From: an uncultured Acidimicrobiaceae bacterium
GTDB taxonomy: Bacteria > Actinomycetota > Acidimicrobiia > Acidimicrobiales > Palsa-688
Assembly (NCBI GenBank): GCA_963834735.1
Contig: CAWICT010000014.1
Location: 14,962 to 78,961 of the forward strand
Direction: 5' to 3'
Length of the DNA: 64,000 nucleotides
A program made the translations under genes and the position numbers. Shown one piece after another: positions 27,442 to 37,701 of the stretch (position 1 is its first letter; every line of letters starts with the position of its first letter). Below the pieces are notes generated by a model. The model did no database searches and was not told the DNA's origin. It was given only the letters and a program-made list of their open reading frames with translations.

Positions 27442-28244
27442 CGTCGCCACTGGGCGGGCCCGGGGCCACCGGCGCTGTCCTACACGAAGAAGTCATGGGC
27501 ACCGTCGTGACCTTCGACGTGCGTACCCCGGCGCCGCAGGTCCAGGTCGACGCAGCCTTGGCCTCCGCGACCCGGTGGTTGCACTGGGTCGACGACACCT
27601 TCAGCACGTACAAACCGAACAGCGAAGTGAACCGTTTTGACCGGGGCGAACTGCCAATTGACGAGTGCTGCGAGGAACTGAAAAAAGTCGTCGCGCTCTG
27701 CTACAAGTTCAACGGGGCAACGGACGGCTTTTTCGATGCCTGGGCGAGCGGCCATTTTGACCCGAGTGGCATTGTCAAGGGCTGGTCTGTCGAACACGCC
27801 TCCAGGCTTCTCCAGCAAGCCGGTTTGCCGGACCATGCGATCGACGGTGGGGGAGACGTCCGCCTGAGCGGGTCCCCGGGAACGGGCCGGCCCTGGCAAG
27901 TCGGTGTCCGCCACCCGCTTCAACGCGACGCGTACTGCGCCGCGTTATTGGTCATGGGCGGCGCTGTTGCCACCTCTGGCACCTACGAGCGGGGCCTGCA
28001 CGTTATCAACCCGTTCAGCCGGGAGCCGGCAGCCGAGCTGATCGCAGTTACGGTCGTGGGGCCGGAGCTGATAAGTGCGGATGCTTACGCCACGGCTGCG
28101 TTTGCAATGGGCGCCGCCGCACCAGCCTGGTTGGAAAGCCTGGTCGGTTACGAGGCGTTAGTTATTGGCCCCGACGGGCAGGGCTGGTCCACCCAGGGCT
28201 TCAAGGACCTGCAGAGCGCTCTCCCGGTCACGACGCCGGGGTAG
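27438..28244 (+). CDS. apbE: FAD:protein FMN transferase (ApbE family)
   Basis: ATGA start/stop overlap with the upstream gene. Family-typical strings: MGTVVTFDV, DDTFSTYKPNSEVNRF, GIVKGWSV, ATSGTYERG. Confidence 0.85.
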   Translation: MTSPLGGPGATGAVLHEEVMGTVVTFDVRTPAPQVQVDAALASATRWLHWVDDTFSTYKPNSEVNRFDRGELPIDECCEELKKVVALCYKFNGATDGFFDAWASGHFDPSGIVKGWSVEHASRLLQQAGLPDHAIDGGGDVRLSGSPGTGRPWQVGVRHPLQRDAYCAALLVMGGAVATSGTYERGLHVINPFSREPAAELIAVTVVGPELISADAYATAAFAMGAAAPAWLESLVGYEALVIGPDGQGWSTQGFKDLQSALPVTTPG

Positions 28245-31200
28245 TGCTCCCGACCGTGCGGCGGACAATGAAGTACTTGGCCTGAGGGTGGTGGCAAATA
28301 ATGGCGGCGGTTGTCTGCTCGGGATGGAACTGCCAGGAGGTTTCCTCCGAGCACTCGACTCCGGTCCGCTCGGCGCCGACAAGCCACGCACAGCGGGCGT
28401 TGTCTTCGAGGTCGGGGCACGCCGGGTAGCCCCACGAGTAACGACCTCCGCGGTACTGCTGGCGGAACAGCCCGTGCAAGTTCGGCCCGTCCTCCCCGGC
28501 AAAGCCCCACTCCTCGCGGATGCGGTGGTGCCAGTACTCAGCTAGAGCCTCGGTCATCTCTACGGAAAGGCCGTGCAGGTGCAGGTAATCGGTATAGCGG
28601 TCCTCGGCAAAAAGCTTGGCCGTTTGCTCCGAAGCTGCCGGCCCCATAGTCACGACATGGAAGGCGGCATAGTCGGGCTCACCGGAAGAAACCGGCTTGA
28701 AGAAATCGGAAATGCACAGCCACGGGCTTTCGTCCTGGCGGGGGAAATTGAACCGTGTGAGCTCGGTAGTGCGCTGTTCGTCCTCCCAAATAACGAGATC
28801 ATCGCCGTCCGAGCCCGCCGGGAAGTAGCCGTACGCTACCGCCGGGCGGAGCACGTCTGACTGCCGCGCCAGCTCCAACTGCTGGCGGAGCACCCCTCGT
28901 ACACGCGTCTTGAACTGGGCGTCGGTCTCGCCCTTGAGCGGGCGGTAGCCCCACTGGTTGCGGAAGAGCGAAGTCTCGTTCAGGTACTTGGCGATCTCGT
29001 TGAGCGGTATCCCTCGTTCGACCCGGGAACCGATAAACGGCGGAACCGGGACGATATTGCCCACTTCGACCGAAGGTGCCCGTGACGGGCGCTCGCTCGC
29101 CTCTAGCGGAGCCGTACGGGGTTGGCGTCGCGGCGGCACGCCTGGGCGGCCGCCGAGGGCGCGGCCGAAGTCGGGGTCGTCCTCGTTGTTGCGAGAAAAC
29201 TCCATCAGCTTGTCCATTGTCCGCAGCCCCTCGAAGGCGTCCTTGCCGTAAAACAGGCGCCCCTTGTACTGAGCGCGAAGGTCCTTTTCCACGTACGAGC
29301 GCGTGAGGGCTGCCCCTCCGAGGATGACCGGGTAACGGTCTAGGCCCCGCTCGTTGAGCTCGAGCAGGTTGTCCCGCATTATCAGGGTCGACTTGACGAG
29401 GAGGCCAGACATCCCGATCACGTCGGCGCCGACTTCTTCGGCCTTCGACACCATTTCGGAGATCGCCACCTTGGTCCCGAGATTGTGGACCTCGTAGCCG
29501 TTGTTGGTCAGGATTATGTCGACGAGGTTCTTGCCGATGTCGTGCACGTCGCCCTTCACGGTCGCCAGGACGACCTTGCCCCTCCCGCGGTCGCCAGTTT
29601 TGGACATGTGCGGTTCCAGGTACGCGACGGCGCTCTTCATCACCTCTGCGGACTGCAGGACGAAAGGCAACTGCATGCGGCCAGAGCCGAACAGCTCGCC
29701 GACCGTTTTCATGCCGGCCATCAATGAGCCGTTCACGATGTCCAGCGCGGCCGTCCCCTTTTGCAGGGCTTCGTCCAGCTCCGCTTCGAGGCCTTCGCGC
29801 GACCCGTCGACGACCCGCTGTTCCAGGCGGTGTTCCACGGTCCAGTCGCTCCTGTCCTCTTCGGCGAGGGCCTCTGAGGTGGCACCTTCGAAAAGGCGCA
29901 GGAGCTCGGACAACGGGTCGTAGCGGGTCGAGGCGTCACGGCGGTCGTAAATCAGGTCCAGGCATATCTGCACAGCCTCGGGCGAGATCCGGTCCAACGG
30001 GACGATGCGGGCTGAGTTCACGATGGCCGCGTCCAGGCCGGCTTGCTGGCACTCATGTAGGAACACAGAGTTGAGTGCCTGGCGAGCCGCAGCGGCCAGG
30101 CCGAACGATACGTTGGAAATGCCCAGCACCGTGCGCACGCCGGGCATCGCCGCCTTAATAAGCTTTATGCCCTCAATCGTCTCGACGCCGTCGCGCCGGC
30201 TCTCCTCCATGCCGGTGCTGACCGGGAGAACGAGGGCATCGAAGAAAAGGTCCTCCGGCAGGAGCCCGTAACGCCCCACGGCCAGGTCATAAATTGCCTG
30301 GGCGGCACGCAACTTCCATTCTGCGGTGCGGGCTTGCCCGTCGGTGTCGATGCAGGTGCATACGACCGCGGCCCCGTACTCACGCGCGAGCGACAGGAAG
30401 CTGTCGAGGCGTGTGCCCCGGGCGTCGCCTTCTTCGAGGTTGACCGAGTTGATGAGGGGCTTGCCCGCGATGTGCTGCAAGCCGCGCTCGATCACCGGCG
30501 CTTCGGTCGAATCGAGCATGAGCGGCAGCGTCGCCTGAGTTGCAAAACGGCTTGCGATCTGGGTCATGTCCGCGACGCCGTCTTCCCCGGTGTAATCGAC
30601 GCACACGTCGAGCAAGTGGCTCCCGAAGCGGACCGCCTCCTTCGCCATGGAAGTACACGTGTCCCACTCCTTTGCCAGCATTGCGTCACGGAAACGCTTG
30701 GAGCCGTTGGCGTTCGTCCGTTCTCCGATGTTCAGCACAGAAGGCGTCTGGTCGTAAGGGACGTGGGTGTAAAGCGAAGCGCAGCCTGGTTCCCAATCGG
30801 GTTCGCGCCGCGCGGGCACCGAGCCGCCAAGGGCGTCGACGACCGCTTTCAGGTGTGCCGGAGTGGTCCCACAACAGCCGCCAACGATGTTGATGCCAAG
30901 CTCGCTCACAAAGCGCGTGTGGTGTTCGGCAAGCTGCGCCGGGGTGAGGTCGTAATGCATCTTGCCCTCGACCACTGAAGGCAAGCCTGCGTTCGGCAGG
31001 CACGACAACGGGAGGCGGGAATGGGCGCTCAGGTACCGGAGGTGCTCCCCCATCTCGGTAGGGCCGGTGGCGCAGTTCAGCCCGATCACGTCGGGCCGGA
31101 GCGCGTCCAGGGTCGTGAGCGCCGCGCCGATCTCGCTACCCATCAGCATCCGGCCGGTCGTTTCGATGGTTACCTGCACCTGGACCGCCAGCTCCCTGCC

Positions 31201-31745
31201 GGCATCGGCCATCGCACGCCTGGCCCCGATTATCGCCGCTTTGGCCTGGAGGAGGTCCTGTACCGTCTCGATGATGAGGAGGTCGGCCCCGCCGGCGATT
31301 AGGCCAGCGGCTGCCTCCTGGTAGCCGTCGCGCATATCGGTGAAGGAAATTTGGCCGAGCGAGGCGATCTTCGTACCCGGGCCGAGGGACCCGGCGACCC
31401 AATGGCCCGGGCCGTAACTGTCGGCGACATCGCGGGCGATCGACGCCGCGGACCGGGCGAGCTCGCGGGCACGCCCGGCGATGCCGTACTCCGCCAGGAC
31501 CCAAGGCAGGGAGCCGAAGCTGTCGGTCTCGACAACCTGGCACCCGACATCGAAGAACGACCGGTGTAGGTCAGCTATCGCCTCAGGCCTCGTCGCACAC
31601 AGGATCTCGTTGCAACCTTCATAAGCAGGCCCACCGAAGTCGTCCGGCCCGAGGTTGAGCGTCTGCAGGTTAGTGCCGGTGGCGCCATCGAAAATGACGA
31701 GGCTTTCGTGGACGGCTTCGATGAAGCTGGCTGGCCCGAGCTCAT
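28228..31745 (-). CDS. metH: cobalamin-dependent methionine synthase (start codon and body in different frames)
   Basis: Full MetH domain series: Hcy-binding (GLNCATGP, GGCCGTTP), pterin-binding, B12-binding (GDVHDIGKN) and the AdoMet activation domain. The homologous reading extends upstream of the ORF-track Met (…FIEAVHESLVIFDGATGTNLQ…) with no in-frame start. ATG 31745 (MSSGQPA) is one base out of frame. Confidence 0.9.
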
Positions 31746-31797
31746 TAGTAGATGGTACGGGAGAAAGGGCCCGTGGCTTTCTTACGGCTCGGTGGGC

Positions 31798-32262
31798 CTA
31801 GTCACCGACGGCGACGATCTCGACCGTCTGCTGCCCACTCGGGGCTTCGTAGGTAACCGTGGCCCCGGCTCGTTTGCCCATCAGGGCTTGGCCGAGCGGG
31901 GAACCAGGCGAGATCACCGAGGTCCCGGGTACGCGCTCTTCGATCGAGCCCACCAGGTAACGCTCCACTTCGTCGTCGTCGACGTAACGGAGGCTGACGG
32001 TCACTCCGGTGGCCACCTCTTCGGCCGCGCCACCCTGGACCACTTCGGCGTCCTCCAGCATCGCTTCCAGCTGGCGGATCCGGGCCTCCATCTTGCCCTG
32101 CGAGTCCTTTGCGGCGTGGTAGTCACCGTTCTCGGAGAGGTCCCCAAGCATCCGGGCCGCCTCGATGTCGCGCGCGATCTCCATCCGGCCCCGGGTTTTG
32201 AGGTCGTCGAGCTCAGCATGGAGCCGCTCATAGGTTTCAGGCGACAGCTTGGTAAAGGCCAT
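31798..32262 (-). CDS. greA: transcription elongation factor GreA
   Basis: LSPETYERLHAELDDLKTRGRMEIARDIEAARMLGDLSENGDYHAAKDSQ is a canonical GreA N-terminus. 154 aa. Confidence 0.92.
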   Translation of the reverse strand: MAFTKLSPETYERLHAELDDLKTRGRMEIARDIEAARMLGDLSENGDYHAAKDSQGKMEARIRQLEAMLEDAEVVQGGAAEEVATGVTVSLRYVDDDEVERYLVGSIEERVPGTSVISPGSPLGQALMGKRAGATVTYEAPSGQQTVEIVAVGD

Positions 32263-32446
32263 TCCCGCAGGTTACCAGCCAAGAGCCGGTTTGGAGCGGG
32301 CGCACCGGCCCCCCGCTGCCCCCGAGCAACCCGTCGCCGTGACGCCGCCGCCGCCGCCCCGGCGCAGCGGTCGCCCCCCTGCGGAGCCATCGCCGGCCGA
32401 ATATGGTTGACGGCGGGGCCGGATGGGTGCAATACTAGGAAGACCT

Positions 32447-32503
32447 ATGAATGCTCGACGTCTGGCACGCCACGCCGATGCCGTCGTAGTAATTTCATCC
32501 TGA
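32447..32503 (+). promoter_or_regulatory. candidate 18-codon leader peptide (MNARRLARHADAVVVISS) of the leuB-ilvE-cimA operon
   Basis: ATG 32447 is preceded by AGGAAG. Codons 13-16 are Val-Val-Val-Ile. Stop at TGA 32501-32503, 29 nt before a terminator hairpin. Confidence 0.5.
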
Positions 32504-32532
32504 CGCCCTCCCACTCTGGGTGTGCGTCGCAG

Positions 32533-32561
32533 CGACCGTCCCCGGGAGGGGCGGTCGTTTT
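32533..32561 (+). terminator. intrinsic terminator-like hairpin in the leuB leader (candidate attenuator)
   Basis: CGACCGTCCCC (32533-32543) pairs with GGGGCGGTCG (32548-32557): 10 bp with one bulged T and a GGGA loop. It is followed by TTTT (32558-32561) and lies 45 nt upstream of the leuB start. Confidence 0.6.
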
Positions 32562-32606
32562 CATGTCTAGTCACTAACAGGATTTTGGGAAAAGGAGCGC
32601 CCTCGA

Positions 32607-33617
32607 TTGAGCGCAGGCCGGTCAGCACATCGAATAGCTGTGATCGCCGGGGACGGCATCGGCCCCGAGGTGATCGCCGAGGCCCTCAAGGTCGCCCGCG
32701 CCGCCGGGGCCGAACTGGACACCACCGAGTACGACCTGGGTGGGCGGCGTTACCTCGCAACCGGCGAAGTGCTGCCCGACAGTGTCCTGGAAGAACTGAG
32801 AGGTTTCGACGCCATCTTGCTCGGAGCGGTCGGGTCGCCCGATGTGCCGCCCGGCTTGCTGGAGCGTGGGCTGCTGCTGCGGCTTCGCTTCGAGCTCGAC
32901 CTCTACATCAACCTCCGCCCGTACCAGGCGCAGGTCAGTGTCGGGGCCGGCGTGCCTATCGACTTTGCCGTGATCCGTGAGAACACCGAAGGGACCTACG
33001 CCGGGGAGGGTGGCTTCCTCCGGAAAGGGACCGCCGCCGAGGTGGCCACGCAGGGTTCGGTGAACACACGCTTTGGGGTGGAACGGTGCGTCAGGTTCGC
33101 CTTCGAGCTCGCTGAGGCAAGGCGCCGCCATCTCACGCTGGTCCACAAGACCAACGTCCTGACCTTTGCCGGCAACCTCTGGCAGCGCGTCTTTGACGAG
33201 GTGGCAACCGAGCACCCCGAGGTGAATACCGCCTACAACCACGTGGACGCGGCTTGCATTTATATGGTCGAGTCCCCGGGTCGCTACGACGTCATCGTCA
33301 CGGACAATCTTTTCGGCGACATCCTTACAGACCTTGCCGGGGCCGTGTCGGGAGGTATAGGCCGGGCGGCCTCCGCCAATTTGAACCCGGCGCGCACCGG
33401 GCCGTCGCTTTTCGAACCGGTGCACGGCAGCGCTCCCGATATCGCGGGCACGGGCAAGGCAAATCCGACCGCTGCGATTATTTCGATGGCGATGATGCTC
33501 GAGCATCTCGGCCTCGTCGACGAAGCAGCACGGGTACAAAAGGCGGTGCAGGGCTTCCAACCCTCACAGCCGATCACTACAAGTCAGTACGGCGACGAAC
33601 TATCAGAAAGGGTGTGA
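32607..33617 (+). CDS. leuB: 3-isopropylmalate dehydrogenase
   Basis: [25 protein letters not shown], and [10 protein letters not shown], with SD AAGGAG 9 nt upstream of TTG 32607. 336 aa. Confidence 0.9.
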   Translation: MSAGRSAHRIAVIAGDGIGPEVIAEALKVARAAGAELDTTEYDLGGRRYLATGEVLPDSVLEELRGFDAILLGAVGSPDVPPGLLERGLLLRLRFELDLYINLRPYQAQVSVGAGVPIDFAVIRENTEGTYAGEGGFLRKGTAAEVATQGSVNTRFGVERCVRFAFELAEARRRHLTLVHKTNVLTFAGNLWQRVFDEVATEHPEVNTAYNHVDAACIYMVESPGRYDVIVTDNLFGDILTDLAGAVSGGIGRAASANLNPARTGPSLFEPVHGSAPDIAGTGKANPTAAIISMAMMLEHLGLVDEAARVQKAVQGFQPSQPITTSQYGDELSERV

Positions 33618-33624
33618 ACGAGCG

Positions 33625-34551
33625 GTGCCAATCACCAAGACCGACTTCATATGGATGGACGGCGAGCTAGTCAACTGGGACGACGCCAACGTACACATCC
33701 TCACGCACACGCTTCATTATGGGTGCGGGGTATTCGAAGGGGTCAGGGCGTACGCGACAGCCGAGGGGCCGGGTGTTTTCCGCCTCACGGACCATATTGC
33801 ACGGCTGTTCAACTCGGCCAAGATCTTCCTGATGGACATCCCCTTTAGCCAGGACGAGATCGTGGAAGCCGTGAAGCACACGGTTGCGGCGAACAAAATG
33901 ACCGAGTGCTACATCAGGCCGCTCGCCTACCTGGGCTATGGGGAAATGGGCCTCAACCCTCTCCCGTGCGCGGTCAAGGTGGCCATCGCGGTTTGGCCAT
34001 GGGGCGCCTACTTGGGTGAGGAGGGGATCGAAAAGGGCGTGCGCGTGAAGATCAGTTCATGGCAGCGCCATGACCCGAACGCAATGCCTCCCGCCGCCAA
34101 GGGTACGGGAATGTACATCAACTCCTCGATGGCCAAGGTCGAGGCTTTGAAAGCCGGTTACGACGAGGCGGTCCTGCTGTCGCCTCAGGGTTACGTGAGC
34201 GAGTGCACCGGCGAGAACATTTTCATCCTCCAAGACGACCGTCTCCTCACACCGCCGTCGTCTGCGGGGGCGCTCGTAGGGATAACCCAGGACTCGGTGC
34301 TCACGATCGCAAAGGACCTTGGTATCGAGGTGGCTCATACGAACATATTGCGCAGCGACCTTTACACCGCAGACGAGGCGTTCATGAGCGGTACTGCGGC
34401 CGAGGTGGTCCCCATTGTCTCGGTCGACGACCGCCGGGTCGGCGATGGCACGCCTGGAGAAGTGACCCGAAAGATCCAGGAGGTATATAAGGCCGCCGTG
34501 CGCGGGCAGGTCGACCGGTACCGGCCTTGGGTCGAACATGCCACAAGTTGA
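33625..34551 (+). CDS. ilvE: branched-chain amino acid aminotransferase
   Basis: IWMDGELVNWDDANVHILTHTLHYGCGVFEGVRAY, and later ECTGENIF and TPPSSAGALVGITQDSV. Confidence 0.9.
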   Translation: MPITKTDFIWMDGELVNWDDANVHILTHTLHYGCGVFEGVRAYATAEGPGVFRLTDHIARLFNSAKIFLMDIPFSQDEIVEAVKHTVAANKMTECYIRPLAYLGYGEMGLNPLPCAVKVAIAVWPWGAYLGEEGIEKGVRVKISSWQRHDPNAMPPAAKGTGMYINSSMAKVEALKAGYDEAVLLSPQGYVSECTGENIFILQDDRLLTPPSSAGALVGITQDSVLTIAKDLGIEVAHTNILRSDLYTADEAFMSGTAAEVVPIVSVDDRRVGDGTPGEVTRKIQEVYKAAVRGQVDRYRPWVEHATS

Positions 34552-36109
34552 GATATTCGACACAACACTTCGCGACGGCAGCCAGGCAGAGGGGCTTTCG
34601 CTCACTGTCAACGACAAGATCCGGGTCGCCGAGCAGCTCGATCTGCTCGGTGTCCAGTACATAGAGGGCGGTTGGCCGGGCGCGCACCCAAAGGACCGGG
34701 AGTTTTTCGAGCGGGTCGCCGCTGGCGAGCTTGCCCTGGCCCGCTCCAACCTCGTGGCCTTCGGCTCGACTAGGAAAGCCGGCGGCCGGGCGGAGACGGA
34801 CCCTGTCATGTCCGACCTCGTCGGGGCGGGCACCGAATTTGTCTGCCTCGTGGCCAAGTCTTCGCCGTGGCACGTCGTTGAAACACTGCGCACCACGACC
34901 ACCGAAGCACTCGATATGGTCGCCGACTCGGTGGCCTATCTTCGTAACAACGGGAAAACCGTGATGGTGGACGCGGAGCATTTTTTCGATGGGTACCTCG
35001 AAGATCCCGGGTTTTCCCGTGACTTTCTCCGCGTCGTTGAAGAATGCGGCGCAACGCCCGTGCTCTGCGACACCAACGGTGGCATTCTCCCTTATCAGGT
35101 GGAACGTACCGTCGCCGAGGCGCGTCAGATAGCCAAGGGCCGGCTCGGGGTGCATTTCCATAACGATTCTGGCTGTGCAGTCGCCAATTCCATCGTGGCC
35201 GTGCGCGAGGGTGCGGACCATGTGCAGGGTTGCATCAACGGCTACGGCGAACGGACCGGCAACACCGACTTGACCGCAGTCATTGCCAACCTGAGCTTGA
35301 AGATGGGCATCGAGACCATAGGCGACGAGCGCCTGGCTCTGCTTACTCCGGTTGCGCGCCACATCGCCGAGATCGTCAACCTCGCACCCAACCCGCACCA
35401 GCCCTTCGTTGGCCTGTCGGCGTTCGCCCATAAAGCTGGTATACACACGAGCGCGATCGCCCGCGCTCCCAGTGCCTACTCCCACGTCGACCCAGAAGCC
35501 GTCGGCAATACGACCCGCTTCGTCCTGTCGGAGATGTCCGGGCGCTCGACCGTCGCCCTCAAGGCTCAGCAAATGGGTATCGAACTGAGCGACGAGGAGG
35601 TCGGCTACGTCGTCTCCCAACTGAAGGATCTCGAGCACGCCGGCTACCATTTCGAAGTTGCTGACGGTTCTCTCGAATTGCTCATGAGGGCGGCGACAGG
35701 CTGGAAACAGTCGTTTTTCCGGGTCGAATCGAACCGGGTGGTCACCGACCAACGAGAGGATGGGAGCTTCCTGACCGAGGCGCGGTTGAAGCTGTACGTC
35801 GGGGACGAGCGCATCATGGAGGTCGCCGAAGGCAATGGCCCCGTCAACGCCCTCGACGCAGCCTTGCGCAAAGCCCTCGGCCCACGCCACCCCGAGGTCG
35901 CCCGCATCCACCTGACGGACTTCAAAGTCAGGGTGCTCGATTCGGCCACCGGGACCGCATCAGTCACCCGCGTGCTGATCGACTCGACCAACGGCGAGCG
36001 CACGTGGACCACGATCGGCGTCTCGGACAACGTCATCGAAGCGTCCTGGCAGGCACTTTCCGACTCGATCGTCTTCGGCCTGCTCCACGCAGGCGCCACG
36101 GAGCACTAG
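34538..36109 (+). CDS. cimA: citramalate synthase (2-isopropylmalate synthase family)
   Basis: EIFDTTLRDGSQAEGLSLTVNDKIRVAEQLDLLGVQYIEGGWPGAHPKD, HFHNDSGCAVAN, and a C-terminal LeuA-type regulatory domain. It overlaps the ilvE end by 14 nt. Confidence 0.85.
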   Translation: MPQVEIFDTTLRDGSQAEGLSLTVNDKIRVAEQLDLLGVQYIEGGWPGAHPKDREFFERVAAGELALARSNLVAFGSTRKAGGRAETDPVMSDLVGAGTEFVCLVAKSSPWHVVETLRTTTTEALDMVADSVAYLRNNGKTVMVDAEHFFDGYLEDPGFSRDFLRVVEECGATPVLCDTNGGILPYQVERTVAEARQIAKGRLGVHFHNDSGCAVANSIVAVREGADHVQGCINGYGERTGNTDLTAVIANLSLKMGIETIGDERLALLTPVARHIAEIVNLAPNPHQPFVGLSAFAHKAGIHTSAIARAPSAYSHVDPEAVGNTTRFVLSEMSGRSTVALKAQQMGIELSDEEVGYVVSQLKDLEHAGYHFEVADGSLELLMRAATGWKQSFFRVESNRVVTDQREDGSFLTEARLKLYVGDERIMEVAEGNGPVNALDAALRKALGPRHPEVARIHLTDFKVRVLDSATGTASVTRVLIDSTNGERTWTTIGVSDNVIEASWQALSDSIVFGLLHAGATEH

Positions 36110-36159
36110 CCCGTTCCCCAACCAGGCGCCATCGAGCACCGGTCAGCTAATTTGTGCGC

Positions 36160-36691
36160 ATGGCCCAGCCTGACTTCGTCCCTATCATCACGACTGACCG
36201 GGTAAGGCCCTCCAACCGCCTGAGCATCCCCGGCCCCTGGCAGCAAGACAGGCCTGCTGAGCAGGTTTCCCTCCGCCCACCAACCGGGGCGAGGCTTCGG
36301 CGCGACAGGCTCTGACCTCGGCTTCGGGTTGAAGCTGGCAAAGCGGGTCGCCGAGCGAGCCGTGTTGGCCGAGGGCGAGCACCTCGCTGACGCAATCGCC
36401 GGGTGTTTCAGCTCTGGCTCCCGCCGGTCGTCGCATTTCCACCGTTCACCCGTCATCTACGACATGGACTGGGCCTTCACGCTGTGGGGCTTCCTCCCCG
36501 GCGCCCCCGAGGACCTGGTTTCCTATCGACGCCCGATCTTCGCCGGCGCCGACCACGAGTACAGCCGCCAGCGAGCAATCGCCGACATGGTGACCGAGCA
36601 AGCCCTCCGGCTCCCACCGGCCGAGGTGCGCGACGGCCTCGCCACTAACTGGCGCAAATGGACCGGCGCCACCAACCGCCTTCCTGCGTAG
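36160..36691 (+). CDS. conserved hypothetical protein (frame disruption at the G-run near 36288)
   Basis: ATG 36160 gives MAQPDFVPIITTDRVRPSNRLSIPGPWQQDRPAEQV... and stops at 36315. The adjacent frame continues RGFGATGSDLGFGLKLAKRVAERAVLAEGEHLADA... to 36691 with high GC3. Together they read as a single gene. Confidence 0.5.
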
Positions 36692-36997
36692 CGATACCGG
36701 CCCTTCTGCTGGGTGGCGAAACCGGCACTTCGGAGATCGCCGGACTGGCCCTGAGGCGGGGGTCGCCCATCTCGTGCCGACTTCGCTGGCGAACGAATTC
36801 GGCACTCAGCCGCACGACCCGCCCCATGACCCGGCCAAACCGCCGTCCGCCGACAAGCACTACAAGTCCACAGCGCTCGGCGGGGCCGGTACTCGGACGG
36901 GCCGGCCCTGGTCGAGCTGCTCGAGCGGCTGGCTCGTGCAGGTAACACCGGTTACTCACAAACAGACCGGCCCCTCGGCAAAGCACGCGACGTCGCC

Positions 36998-37604
36998 TTA
37001 CGCCGTCGGCCCCTCGAGGAGCGCCCTGCGCTCGGGTGGAGCGGTCGCAAGCATCTCCCAAGTGCCTCGCGCCCACGCGAGGCTGGCTCGATGGAGGGCA
37101 ATACCGTGGTCCAGGGCCAGGATCGCGTGCGAGGGCCCGGCGAGCATCGCCGTCCGGTGGCGTTCGACGTCGCCGACGAAGATCGAAAGGGCCTCCATCA
37201 GATCTTGCAGCCACCCAAGGACCTCGTCCTTGGACAGCAGCGTTTCCATCATCACGAAGCGCAAGAGGTGTAGGCCAAGGTCGCGTCGAGACCGTCTCGG
37301 GTCTCACCGGCATCCGGATCCAGGTCATGTTGGCCGTCCGCCCTGACGGCGTGGCCTCGTACACAAGTCGGCGCCGGCCGGGCTCGGCCGGCCCTTGGCG
37401 CTGGATCAGGCCCTTGCCTGCCAAACGGGCCAGCGCCGGGTACAGCGCCCCGGAGCTCGGCTGGTACACCCCGAGGGGGGTGGTCGAGAACGCCCGCTTC
37501 AGACCGTAGCCAGACGACGGCCCCATGCAGATCAGGCCGAGCAGTACCTGTTCGAACTCAGTCAGCTGCGGCGCAAGCACGCTCCCGAGTCTAGTTGTGG
37601 TCAT
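36998..37604 (-). CDS. PadR family transcriptional regulator (frame disruption near 37286)
   Basis: N-terminal winged helix: FEQVLLGLICMGPSSGYGLKRAF...GALYPALARLAGKGLIQR...RRLVYEATPSG. After ...PETVS the C-terminal domain continues in another frame (RDLGLHLLRFVMMETLLSKDEVLGWLQDL...) to the stop at 36998. The 343-aa ORF-track tail is out of frame. Confidence 0.75.
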
Positions 37605-37622
37605 AGGTCGAATCGACCTATG
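37602..37622. promoter_or_regulatory. perfect 10-1-10 palindrome CATAGGTCGA-A-TCGACCTATG (candidate PadR operator)
   Basis: It overlaps the PadR start codon (CAT 37602-37604). It sits in the divergent region upstream of the membrane-protein gene that starts at 37702. Confidence 0.6.
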
Positions 37623-37701
37623 ATCGACGGCGAAGGGCGGAGCAGCCTCAGGTCTCCGTGCCGAGCGGTGGGTCAACTGGAGCGTGGTTAGGGGGGAGCG
37701 G

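Noticed and set aside
31746-31797. Cobalamin riboswitch or another leader upstream of metH.
   Set aside because: The gap between greA and metH is only 52 nt, too short for a B12 element. B12 riboswitches normally control metE, not metH.
36645-36997. The 343-aa PadR ORF tail and the overlapping ORFs 36523..36948(-) and 36774..37346(+).
   Set aside because: The PadR C-terminal domain is found in another frame that ends at 36998. The remaining ORFs are Arg/Pro-rich with no coding signature.
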